From Candidatus Margulisiibacteriota bacterium (lineage in GTDB: Bacteria; Margulisbacteria; Termititenacia; CAZZFK01), in contig JBHPMC010000005.1 in the NCBI GenBank assembly GCA_042562495.1, positions 1 through 61,019 of the forward strand: DNA of 61,019 nt, given 5' to 3'. Both the position numbers and the translations under genes were made by a program. The first letter of the stretch is position 1. Every line of letters begins with the position of its first letter. Below the pieces are notes generated by a model. That model saw nothing but the letters and a program-made list of their open reading frames with translations, had not been told where the DNA came from and ran no database searches. This document shows positions 1 through 8,390 of this stretch, one piece after another.

Positions 1-87
1 GAATAATGTTGTAGTGTATAAAAAGAAAAAAACGAAAGCAATGCTTAAGAAAAAATAAAATGGGTCCAGAGGCAGTAAAAGGTTTTC

Positions 88-618
88 ATGGACGGAGTAG
101 TATTCCCACTTAAATTTTCTTCAACTGTTAGGATTTCCCGGAGATTTTGGGGTGGGTTTCTGATCAAAAATAATAGATTATTTGCCCTGATCTTGCCCGT
201 AATTTCCAAGAAAAAAGCAGAACAACAAATAACAAATATAGCCAAAGAAAAGATCATTTATTGTCCTAAAAAATATTCAAAGCAAATAAGGTGCTTACAG
301 CAGTATTTCTTAAAGGGTATCCTTAGGTGGCAGCCCAAGCTCGACCTGTCAGGTTATAGTGATTTTGCTCAGAAAGTCCTTAAGCTTGTGCATAAAATAC
401 CTAAGGGGAAAGTATATAATTATGCCTGGATAGCTAAAAAGGTGAATTCGCCCTTGGCTATGCGTGCTGTGGGCAGTGTGTTGGCAAATAATCGTATTCC
501 CTTAATAATACCTTGCCATAGAATTATCAAAAAAAATGGTCTAATAGGACAATTTTCAGGTGGATTTGGTAAAAAATTAAAGAAGATCATGCTCAAGATC
601 GAAAATACACAGATATAA
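88..618 (+). CDS. ogt: Methylated-DNA--protein-cysteine methyltransferase (Ogt/MGMT family)
   Basis: The C-terminal half has the DNA-binding helix region 'YAWIAKKVNSPLAMRAVGSVLANN' followed by 'IPLIIPCHRIIKKNG', the PCHR active-site cysteine motif. The start codon is uncertain because there is no internal Met before the catalytic domain. Confidence 0.85.
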   Translation: MDGVVFPLKFSSTVRISRRFWGGFLIKNNRLFALILPVISKKKAEQQITNIAKEKIIYCPKKYSKQIRCLQQYFLKGILRWQPKLDLSGYSDFAQKVLKLVHKIPKGKVYNYAWIAKKVNSPLAMRAVGSVLANNRIPLIIPCHRIIKKNGLIGQFSGGFGKKLKKIMLKIENTQI

Positions 619-722
619 TAATTATTCCGAATATGTACGGTAAGGGTTAACATTTTCAAAATATTATTGAAAACACACACTCTTTGTGTTACTTTACTTA
701 ACAAATCCTTCTGGGGGGAAAT

Positions 723-1622
723 ATGACTGAACAGTTTGCTATTAATTTCTCAAAAAATAACACGGCCAATAGGCTAAAGCCTGAAAGTGTCTCCGGTAGG
801 GAAGACCAGGCCAATCAAGCTTCATTTGAGGAAGAATTATCAGTTGCTAACGATGTAACAAGTAAAAAAGAACAAGAGCTTACGGATCTCAAAGAAAGCG
901 ACAATTTAACGCTGATCGGCAATGCGGATTTTTTCCAAAAGATATTTACTCAACAGGTCAATAATAAAGCTCCGCTATCTTCGCGTATTGATAATGAAAA
1001 TATTGTACAAGATCAGGTTAATCCTGAAAAAAACGAAGATGCAGCTAGTTCAATAACAGATATGGCCAAGCAGGCAAATCAAAAAGTATTTACAGATATC
1101 ACTCCGTATTTTGCCAGAGTACTGGTAGCAAACGGCAAAGAAGTCTCTTTTCTGCCGGAGAAGCTCTATTCAGATTTTGCTATTGCTAAAGTAAATATTG
1201 GGCAAGTTATTGAGGAGCTTGTGCAGCGGGTACAATTCTTAAGGGAAGGAGAAGTTACCCACTTGAAGCTGGATCTAAAGCCAGATAATTTAGGGCGTTT
1301 ACATGTGCTGCTTTCTCTGCAAGATAAGAAATTGGTTTTGCATGTTTTTGCCAGCGATGATGCAAAAAAAATACTGGATTCACAATTAGATGATTTACAG
1401 GAAGCATTAGCCGAGCAAGGTTTTGATATTGCACATTTGGAAGTTGAAGTATCAGGCCAAAAAAATTCGTCGCAGCATAATCAAGAAGGATATTTTAGCT
1501 TAGATAACGGAAAAAAAGTTCGTTATCAGGATTATGATATGTTGAAAATCGTACATCAAGCAGATATAATTGATTCATTAGATCATTGGCTAAACAATGT
1601 AATGGTTAATTATATCGCTTAA
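723..1622 (+). CDS. fliK: Flagellar hook-length control protein FliK
   Basis: The C-terminal 'LKLDLKPDNLGRLHVLLSLQDKKLVLHVFASDDAKKILDSQLDDLQEALAEQGFDI' matches the Flg_hook/FliK C-terminal domain pattern. It lies immediately upstream of flgD-flgE. A GGGGGG SD precedes the ATG. Confidence 0.7.
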   Translation: MTEQFAINFSKNNTANRLKPESVSGREDQANQASFEEELSVANDVTSKKEQELTDLKESDNLTLIGNADFFQKIFTQQVNNKAPLSSRIDNENIVQDQVNPEKNEDAASSITDMAKQANQKVFTDITPYFARVLVANGKEVSFLPEKLYSDFAIAKVNIGQVIEELVQRVQFLREGEVTHLKLDLKPDNLGRLHVLLSLQDKKLVLHVFASDDAKKILDSQLDDLQEALAEQGFDIAHLEVEVSGQKNSSQHNQEGYFSLDNGKKVRYQDYDMLKIVHQADIIDSLDHWLNNVMVNYIA

Positions 1623-1643
1623 TTATGTAATTGGGGGTGAATA

Positions 1644-2243
1644 ATGACACGAGCAATAAACGGTTTACCGCCTTTAAATTTAAAAAATACACCGGCCACT
1701 AGTTCCGGGCAGGTTCTCGGCACTCCAGATTCTGATCCCAATTCTTTTCAATTACTTGTTAACTGGTTCATGAATCAAAATATAAATAGCCTTAGTCAGG
1801 TGGGCACAAATGTAGATGGGACCAGCGGGAGCGGTGAAGAAAGTTCTTCACCATTCGATAGTATGTTCGGAGCTTCGACCTTTGGTTCTTCCAGTGCTCT
1901 GAGCGGCAGCGATCCTTTTTCTGTAATGGGGATGAGCGCAATGCAGGGGATCTCGCCATCTTTGCCAGGAATGAGCCCTTACGGAAATTTAGCTGGGCTA
2001 ACAGTCAACAATCCGATCTTAGATCTGCAGCGTTTACAAGCGTTCAATGATTATTCACATCTAGTAAATGAAGATAATCCAACGGCTGCTTCTTATCTTG
2101 ATCCAAATAGCGGCAAAACAATTACGGGAATAGTCGAAGAAGTTTTAGTTGGTAAGGGGGGAGATGTTTCTTTCAAGATCAATGGAGAGATCATTCCTTT
2201 GGGTTATGTAAAAGGCCTTACACGTTACGAAGAAGAGGCCTAA
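1644..2243 (+). CDS. flgD: Flagellar hook assembly/capping protein FlgD (probable)
   Basis: N-terminal 'SFQLLVNWFMNQNINS' resembles the FlgD 'DFLKLLVxQLxNQDP' segment. C-terminal 'GKTITGIVEEVLVGKGGDVSFKINGEIIPLGYVKGL' resembles the FlgD Tudor-like domain. It is positioned between fliK and flgE. Confidence 0.55.
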   Translation: MTRAINGLPPLNLKNTPATSSGQVLGTPDSDPNSFQLLVNWFMNQNINSLSQVGTNVDGTSGSGEESSSPFDSMFGASTFGSSSALSGSDPFSVMGMSAMQGISPSLPGMSPYGNLAGLTVNNPILDLQRLQAFNDYSHLVNEDNPTAASYLDPNSGKTITGIVEEVLVGKGGDVSFKINGEIIPLGYVKGLTRYEEEA

Positions 2244-2271
2244 GTAGTTTTATATTAAAGGGGGCAATCAA

Positions 2272-3120
2272 ATGAGCAATGGTCTGTTAGATATCATGAT
2301 CCGTTCGAAAAATGCTATGGAAGCTTATGAGGCAAGTTTACGTATACATACTAATAACGGTGCGAACTTAGCTACTTCAGGATATAAGGCGCTTACACAT
2401 TCATTTAAAACGGTTTTTAATGACGTATTGCATCAGGGATATAATTCTACTGATGGTGGCGGTGTAAATCCGGTCCAATATGGATCAGGAGTTACCATTG
2501 CTAATATTAAATTAGATTTTTCTCAAGGAGATCTTGGCGAAGGCGGGCCTTTGGATATGGCCGTGGCAGGCCGAGGCTTGTTCGTTATCAGTGCTGGCCC
2601 GGGAGATGAATCCAAGTATCTTTATTCCCGGAACGGTGAATATAGTGTGGATAATACAGGTACATTTATTGTTGATTCTTCAGGCAGACAATTAATGGGA
2701 TATGGTGTTGGCGGCGGAGGTTCTCTGCAACCGATGACTACCAATGGTTACACCGATCTGGGCTGGCATGACGGGGGCATCTTGGTCGCTAATTATCAGG
2801 CTGCAAAAGATGGCAAGGGAGTAGCTATCCCTATTGGGCAAGCAGCTCTAGCAGATTTTGTGAACGTGGAAGGTTTAATACAGCACGATGGTACATCTTT
2901 TGAAGAATCTATTTCGTCAGGTTCGCCGGTTAATATCGGTGTTTCTGGAAAGAAGACTTTAGGTGAAATCCTGGCCCAGCAGCTTGAGAAATCGAATGTT
3001 TTCTTTATTGGAGAAACCATAGATTCGATCGAAGTGCAACGGGCGATGTCAGCAGTGCTTACAGCCATAAAAACAGCAAGTGATCAGATCTCACAAGTAA
3101 TCAATAGATTGAGCAGTTAG
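2272..3120 (+). CDS. flgE: Flagellar hook protein FlgE (short, Bacillus-like rod/hook family member)
   Basis: N-terminal rod/hook signature '...NNGANLATSGYKALTHSF...' plus 'MAVAGRGLFVI'. C-terminal 'LEKSNVFFIGETIDSIEVQRAMSAVLTAIKTASDQI' is a flagellar basal body rod C-terminal motif. Assigned as hook by its position after flgD. Confidence 0.7.
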   Translation: MSNGLLDIMIRSKNAMEAYEASLRIHTNNGANLATSGYKALTHSFKTVFNDVLHQGYNSTDGGGVNPVQYGSGVTIANIKLDFSQGDLGEGGPLDMAVAGRGLFVISAGPGDESKYLYSRNGEYSVDNTGTFIVDSSGRQLMGYGVGGGGSLQPMTTNGYTDLGWHDGGILVANYQAAKDGKGVAIPIGQAALADFVNVEGLIQHDGTSFEESISSGSPVNIGVSGKKTLGEILAQQLEKSNVFFIGETIDSIEVQRAMSAVLTAIKTASDQISQVINRLSS

Positions 3121-3140
3121 TAAGAGGGGTTGGGGACCAC

Positions 3141-4310
3141 GTGTATAAAAAGACCATACGTTTAGCACCAGCAATACCTGATTGGACAAAATTAGAACGT
3201 TTGCCAACCAGTGAACGTGGTGAAGCTTCCCTGCCGGATACTTTTGAAAAAATTTCTCAAGAAAGTGTAGATCGAGGGTTGATCATTCTGCAAGATTTCG
3301 GAGATGATCTATGCAAGCGCTTAAGCGAACAATTGGTAATAAGCTTTTCCTTGCACCGTTTGCAAGTAACAAAGTTTTCCAATGAAGAATTTATCGAACA
3401 AAAATCAAGGGAATTTCTTGTGCAAGCAGATCTGGATTATCCCGACGGCAGCAAGCTGTATAGTTTTTGGGGATATTCTTTAGCTCAAGCCTTGATCAAT
3501 CGTTCTACTGGTGGCGCAGGGGAGGCCAAGATAGAGAATGAAGAATTCACTACGATCGAAAAGGCTATCTTTGAGAATGTCTTACAAGAAGCCTTGCGTA
3601 GTTTTGCTCAGGCTTGGGGAAATGTAATTTCTGGATCCCCACAAAAGATCGCGGTGCATACGCCGCGTTTAAAACCAATGGAAAGTATTGCAGAAAGAGA
3701 AGAAGTATTATTGTTGTCGGCAGAGATCGGGATGGGTGATCAGGAGCCGCAGCCTGTAAGCTGGCTATTTCCCGTGAGCACTTTTGCAAAATTATTTACG
3801 CAGTGGGACTCAAGGCCAAAAGCAAGAAAAGCCAAAATAGAGCTGGCGCCTTTTTCGGTCAGCATGGTCGATGTGCCGGTAGCGGCCACTTTAGGTAAAG
3901 CCATAGTTTCCATGTCAGATCTGTTGCAATTACAAAGAGGCGATGTGGTTGTTCTGGATAATCAGATCAATCAGCCCAGCTTTGTTTTTATCGGAACAGA
4001 TGCTCAATTCCAGGCTCAGCCGGGAATTTATAATAAACGACTTGCTGTGCAATTACTGGATCCTTTAACAAGTTCTAGTGCACAGATAACAAATATAGCA
4101 GAAAAGAAGGGATCAGGAGCAGAGATCCCAGTGATAGAAGAAGAGATCGGCTTGGATGAAGAGACCAGGCCTGCAACAAAAGTTGCAGAATCTCCAAATG
4201 CTCCCGAGGAAGAAGAAGATGATATCTTGGCAAATATTGATGATCTCAATGATGATGATGATGATGATTTCGTGTGGGAAGAGGAGGATACCCTAGACGA
4301 AGATTTTTAA
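3141..4310 (+). CDS. fliM: Flagellar motor switch protein FliM, atypical termini
   Basis: C-terminal SpoA/FliMN domain 'VPVAATLGKAIVSMSDLLQLQRGDVVVLDNQINQPSFVFIGTDAQFQAQPG'. It lies directly upstream of fliN. GTG start with an upstream GAGGGG. It carries a poly-acidic C-terminal extension. Confidence 0.75.
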   Translation: MYKKTIRLAPAIPDWTKLERLPTSERGEASLPDTFEKISQESVDRGLIILQDFGDDLCKRLSEQLVISFSLHRLQVTKFSNEEFIEQKSREFLVQADLDYPDGSKLYSFWGYSLAQALINRSTGGAGEAKIENEEFTTIEKAIFENVLQEALRSFAQAWGNVISGSPQKIAVHTPRLKPMESIAEREEVLLLSAEIGMGDQEPQPVSWLFPVSTFAKLFTQWDSRPKARKAKIELAPFSVSMVDVPVAATLGKAIVSMSDLLQLQRGDVVVLDNQINQPSFVFIGTDAQFQAQPGIYNKRLAVQLLDPLTSSSAQITNIAEKKGSGAEIPVIEEEIGLDEETRPATKVAESPNAPEEEEDDILANIDDLNDDDDDDFVWEEEDTLDEDF

Positions 4311-4338
4311 AGAAAAATAAAAAGAGAGGAGCAAGTAT

Positions 4339-4728
4339 ATGGCAGAAGAAAATGTTTTTGGTGAAGAGCAAAAGGAACAAAATGTAGTTTGGGGAGAGAA
4401 TATCGCGGATAATCCCAATGCAAAAGTGGAATATAACCGTTTAAAGATGCCGCCCTTGGATCCGGCGAAAAAAGGCTCTGGTTTTGATAAGGGTTTGTTT
4501 GGCAATGTTCCGGTAGAAGTTACAGCAGAATTAGGCAAAGCCCAATTAACTTTGCAGGAAGTGCTCGATCTTAATAAAGGTGCGATCGTGGAATTAAAGC
4601 ACTATGCAGAAGAGCCACTGGATCTAGTAGTAAATGGCCAATTGATAGCCAGGGGTGAAGTAGTGGCAGTTGATGATAAATACGGGATCAAGATCACTCA
4701 AATTATTCAGACTGCTAAGAAGGGATAG
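4339..4728 (+). CDS. fliN: Flagellar motor switch protein FliN
   Basis: 'VPVEVTAELGKAQLTLQEVLDLNKGAIVELKHYAEEPLDLVVNGQLIARGEVVAVDDKYGIKITQI' is a canonical FliN/SpoA domain. An AGAGGAG SD is present. Confidence 0.85.
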   Translation: MAEENVFGEEQKEQNVVWGENIADNPNAKVEYNRLKMPPLDPAKKGSGFDKGLFGNVPVEVTAELGKAQLTLQEVLDLNKGAIVELKHYAEEPLDLVVNGQLIARGEVVAVDDKYGIKITQIIQTAKKG

Positions 4729-4737
4729 TTAAGTATT

Positions 4738-5232
4738 TTGCATAAAAAACTAGTTATCGCTTTATGGCTGGGGGGCTTAGTTCTCTTACTGACTGTTCCC
4801 CAGGTGGTAACTGGAGCTACGGTCAATGGTCTTTTAAGGGCCGATCCATCGGGATTTTCACCACAAGTATCTTATTTAGCCTCTTCTACAGATTATATTA
4901 AGTATATAGCCAAAGTGTTCTTTTATTTATTTTTTGCCATGGGCGTATTATTTATTGGGGCCAAGGTCTTATTGGGCCGAGGTTTGCCGGCAATGGCCCA
5001 GGAAAAATTCCGAATTATTAAAAAACTACCGTTAGAAGTACAAGCTTCAGTGTATTTAGTTCAGGTTGGAGAAAAATTCTTATTAATTGGGGTGGGCGGA
5101 AAGCAGATCTCTTACTTAAAAGAGATACCCAAGGAGGAGATAGAGCTGTTCCTGCAAAAGCCTTTCACTAAATCCGGGCAAGTATCTTTTAAGGATTATC
5201 TAAAAAAATTCATAGGGGAGAAAAAACAATGA
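4738..5232 (+). CDS. fliO: Flagellar biosynthesis protein FliO/FliZ (probable)
   Basis: Single N-terminal TM, a second hydrophobic segment, and a 'VYLVQVGEKFLLIGVGGKQISYLKEI' FliO-like motif. It sits between fliN and fliP and has a TTG start. Confidence 0.55.
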   Translation: MHKKLVIALWLGGLVLLLTVPQVVTGATVNGLLRADPSGFSPQVSYLASSTDYIKYIAKVFFYLFFAMGVLFIGAKVLLGRGLPAMAQEKFRIIKKLPLEVQASVYLVQVGEKFLLIGVGGKQISYLKEIPKEEIELFLQKPFTKSGQVSFKDYLKKFIGEKKQ

Positions 5233-6011
5233 ACTGTCGGCGAAGATCATTAGCGTGCATCAAACCTGCCTTGTTATTAATTTTTTGTTTTGTACTGATC
5301 TGGAGCCTGGCCCCTCAGGCTAGTGCTGCAACACCGGCAGCACCAGCGATTAATTTGAATACTTTGGTCGGTTCACCGCAATTCAGTAATAATATAATGC
5401 TTCTGGTATCGATCGCGGCCATTGCACTTATTCCTTTTTTATTGATGACCACTACTTCTTTCCTGAGGATAGTGATCGTCTTGGGTCTTTTACGTAATGC
5501 TATTGGTACACAACAAGTTCCTCCGGCTCCGATCATTATTTCATTGGCGATGTTCATGACCATTTTCATTATGAATCCGGTCTGGGAAGAAGTTAACAAG
5601 ACAGCGCTGCAGCCCTACAATGAAGGCAGGATCAGCCAGAAGGTCGCGCTAGAGCGGGGTTTTCGACCTCTGCAAAAATTCATGTTACGTCAAACCAGAG
5701 AAAAAGATCTGGCACTTTTTGTGCAATTTGCACGAATTCCACCTCTGGAAGATCCAACTAAAGTGCCGATATATGTACTGGCACCAGCCTTTGCGATCAG
5801 CGAACTTAAGACCGCATTTCAAATTGGTTTTGTTATCTTTCTGCCGTTCGTCGTTATCGATCTTATCGTGGCGAACATTCTTTTATCTCTGGGAATGTTC
5901 ATGTTATCACCTGTCTTAGTATCTTTGCCTTTTAAAGTATTGTTGTTTGTTTTGTCGGATGGTTGGTTTTTGATCACCCGCGGGCTGATGCAAAGCTTTC
6001 ATTATCAATAA
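5229..6011 (+). CDS. fliP: Flagellar export apparatus protein FliP
   Basis: Signal peptide followed by 'IALIPFLLMTTTSFLRIVIVLGLLRNAIGTQQVPP...IISLAMFMTIFIMNPV', the hallmark FliP/YscR sequence. It overlaps the fliO stop in an ATGA arrangement. Confidence 0.9.
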   Translation: MNCRRRSLACIKPALLLIFCFVLIWSLAPQASAATPAAPAINLNTLVGSPQFSNNIMLLVSIAAIALIPFLLMTTTSFLRIVIVLGLLRNAIGTQQVPPAPIIISLAMFMTIFIMNPVWEEVNKTALQPYNEGRISQKVALERGFRPLQKFMLRQTREKDLALFVQFARIPPLEDPTKVPIYVLAPAFAISELKTAFQIGFVIFLPFVVIDLIVANILLSLGMFMLSPVLVSLPFKVLLFVLSDGWFLITRGLMQSFHYQ

Positions 6012-7265
6012 GTGTCAAAAAAAAGGATCAGCAAGCGGGAGCGGATTTTTTGGATAGCAGGGATCATCTTATTAATGGTGGTCTCCACAGGGTTATCCCA
6101 GGTCTTTGAAAATATAAAAACGGAAGGTGTCCTTAATTTGTCGGGGGGACCTATGCGCAGTAGCTACTTAAAACAAGCAGTAGCTAGATATTTGATCAAT
6201 ACTCGAGGATTAAGTACGACACAGCAGCCCAAGTTCTTCTTAAAAGACATTGCTGTTCCTGGGCAATTGGATCCACAAGAAAAGGCTTTAGTGCTGGTAC
6301 CCTATTATGAAAAGAACCAGAAAAAGCAATGCCGGATTTTAATACACAATAAGCTTTTTAAATGGCCAGAGATCAACAAATTATGGGTGAGCAATAATCC
6401 GGAAAAGGTTACTCAGCCAGGAGTCCTTTTCGAAGGCAGTATAAAAAAGGGGAAGGCCATTAAGCTGCTCTATTATCATCTTAATGATTCTCGAGAAGAT
6501 AGAAAATTAGCTTTAGTGGTCGAAAACAGAAATGCGCAGATGCTGAAGCTTCACTTGACCGTTGGTTTAGGCGGCCCGGGTAAAGATGAGGTTTACTTAG
6601 GGCATTTAGCGACCAAGCGTTTTCTTAATTCTTCTTTATTAAGCGAGGGAGAGTATGTTGAGGTCCCTGCGTTCAGTGCTAAAGGGCTGTTCGTGCAGAA
6701 TTTTCGGTCAAAACAAATAGTGACCGGCTTGGCTAAGCTAAGCTTAATCGATGGGGAAAAAGCGTTGGTCTATTTAAGTGTAGTAGATGAGCTCAGCCCC
6801 GGGGGATCAAGATTGAGCAAAGTTGAAAAAAAGGTCAAGGAGCTTACTCGCGGCGGTGTTTTTAGAGGGACACAACGAGTGATAAATAAGAAATATATGC
6901 TCGGAAATAAAACAAAAGAAATAAGTATCGGAGATAAGCCTTTTGTGCGTGATGAGCGTACTCATCACGTTCTCAAAGGTAATTATGGTGTGCAGTATAA
7001 AATATTATTAACTTTAATAAATCCGCATGCTGAGGCAAAGACAGCAGAAGTGCTCTTTACTCCAGCAGGCGGGATAGCCAGGGGGATCTTTATTATTGAT
7101 GGCAGGTTGAAAGAGACGGCCTGGCTGAAGCCTGGCGGCAAACCAAGCAGTGAAGTTATTTATTCTACATATTTGGAGCCGCGGGAGAAAAAAGATATTG
7201 AAATAATTACTCAACCACAAGCTGGATCATATTATCCAGTGCGTATTGGATTTAGAGAAAGCTAG
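6012..7265 (+). CDS. Membrane-anchored protein of unknown function inserted between fliP and fliQ
   Basis: A 417-aa ORF starts at a GTG immediately after the fliP stop. One N-terminal TM ('IFWIAGIILLMVVSTGL') is followed by a roughly 380-aa extracytoplasmic-looking domain with no motif I recognise. It is on the same strand and tightly packed within the operon. Confidence 0.5.
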   Translation: MSKKRISKRERIFWIAGIILLMVVSTGLSQVFENIKTEGVLNLSGGPMRSSYLKQAVARYLINTRGLSTTQQPKFFLKDIAVPGQLDPQEKALVLVPYYEKNQKKQCRILIHNKLFKWPEINKLWVSNNPEKVTQPGVLFEGSIKKGKAIKLLYYHLNDSREDRKLALVVENRNAQMLKLHLTVGLGGPGKDEVYLGHLATKRFLNSSLLSEGEYVEVPAFSAKGLFVQNFRSKQIVTGLAKLSLIDGEKALVYLSVVDELSPGGSRLSKVEKKVKELTRGGVFRGTQRVINKKYMLGNKTKEISIGDKPFVRDERTHHVLKGNYGVQYKILLTLINPHAEAKTAEVLFTPAGGIARGIFIIDGRLKETAWLKPGGKPSSEVIYSTYLEPREKKDIEIITQPQAGSYYPVRIGFRES

Positions 7266-7283
7266 TCTAAGAAAGGGTAAAAA

Positions 7284-7553
7284 ATGACAGTTGATGTAGT
7301 TTCTAGCATGATTACCCAAGGGGTCACCTTGTTATTATTATTATCCGGTCCTTGTATCGGGCTAGGCCTTTTAGTGGGATTTATGGTCAGCTTGTTCCAG
7401 GCGTTGACCCAGATCCAGGAACAAACCCTTACTTTTGTACCTAAAATGATCGTGGTCATGTTGGTCTTGGCACTTACTTTTTCTTGGATAGCTTCTCAAA
7501 TGGTCGGCTTTGCCACAGGGCTTTGGGTACAGATCCCAGCGCTAGTGCGCTGA
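7284..7553 (+). CDS. fliQ: Flagellar export apparatus protein FliQ
   Basis: 89 aa, two TM segments, and 'GPCIGLGLLVGFMVSLFQALTQIQEQTLTFVPKMIVV', the FliQ/YscS signature. Confidence 0.85.
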   Translation: MTVDVVSSMITQGVTLLLLLSGPCIGLGLLVGFMVSLFQALTQIQEQTLTFVPKMIVVMLVLALTFSWIASQMVGFATGLWVQIPALVR

Positions 7554-7595
7554 TCTGGCGCAGGCAGAAAGCAAGGGTCAGCGAAGGGGGATATT

Positions 7596-8369
7596 GTGAT
7601 AATCAATGTGTTCCAGCTCCAAATCTTAATGTTGATCATGAGCCGTATTATCGGGCTTTTTTTAGTAGCACCGCTTTTTAGTAATCGTTCTATTAGCAGG
7701 GTTTTTAAGATCGGCATGGTGATCTGGCTTTCTATAGTGCTTTGGTTCGTAGTCCCTGTTTCTCTAGATAGTGTGCCGGCTACGAGTATCGGATATGGAG
7801 TAGCTTTGTTCCAGGAAATACTGATAGGGATTACTATAGGAATGGTAGCCCAATTGTTGTTCGCAGGAATTCGAGCTGCGGGTGAGATAGTTGGTATGCA
7901 AATGGGCTTGAGCGTAGCAACCACTTTTAATCCTTCAGAAGGTGGGCAGGAAAGTTTACTTGCAAAATTATTAACTAATATCATGTTGTTATTATTTCTG
8001 CTGATCGATGGGCATCATTTATTATTAGCGGCAGTCCGCAAAAGTTTTGAGATCTTACCGTTGATGAATGCCTGGAATTTTATGCAAGCAGGCAGGACTT
8101 TGGTGGAATTGGCAGGAGCAATTTTTGCTATAGGAATATCTTTAGCGGCTCCGATCATCCTGGTGATCTTCCTTCTGGATTTTGCTTTTGGCATGGTGTC
8201 CAGAGTAGCTCCGCAGGTGAATGTATTTATGATGGGATTTCAATTAAAACCACCTTTAGGAGAGATCGTGATCTTATTGATCACACCTTTATTGATCGAA
8301 AGAATGGTCTATTTATTGAGTAGAATGGTCAACGAGCTGACCCAAGTGTTTTTTATGTTACATATGTAG
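7596..8369 (+). CDS. fliR: Flagellar export apparatus protein FliR
   Basis: Polytopic membrane protein with 'RIIGLFLVAPLFSNRSI' and 'AGEIVGMQMGLSVATTFNP', both FliR/YscT motifs. GTG start with a GAAGGGGG SD. Confidence 0.85.
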   Translation: MIINVFQLQILMLIMSRIIGLFLVAPLFSNRSISRVFKIGMVIWLSIVLWFVVPVSLDSVPATSIGYGVALFQEILIGITIGMVAQLLFAGIRAAGEIVGMQMGLSVATTFNPSEGGQESLLAKLLTNIMLLLFLLIDGHHLLLAAVRKSFEILPLMNAWNFMQAGRTLVELAGAIFAIGISLAAPIILVIFLLDFAFGMVSRVAPQVNVFMMGFQLKPPLGEIVILLITPLLIERMVYLLSRMVNELTQVFFMLHM

Positions 8370-8390
8370 TAATCCTAAGGAGGATCTGTT

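Noticed and set aside
668-722. A sigma-70-like promoter upstream of fliK (TTGAAA ... TACTTT).
   Set aside because: The -10 candidate is weak and alternatives exist, so I could not pick one with confidence. A promoter must exist somewhere in 619-722 or further upstream, with read-through from ogt.
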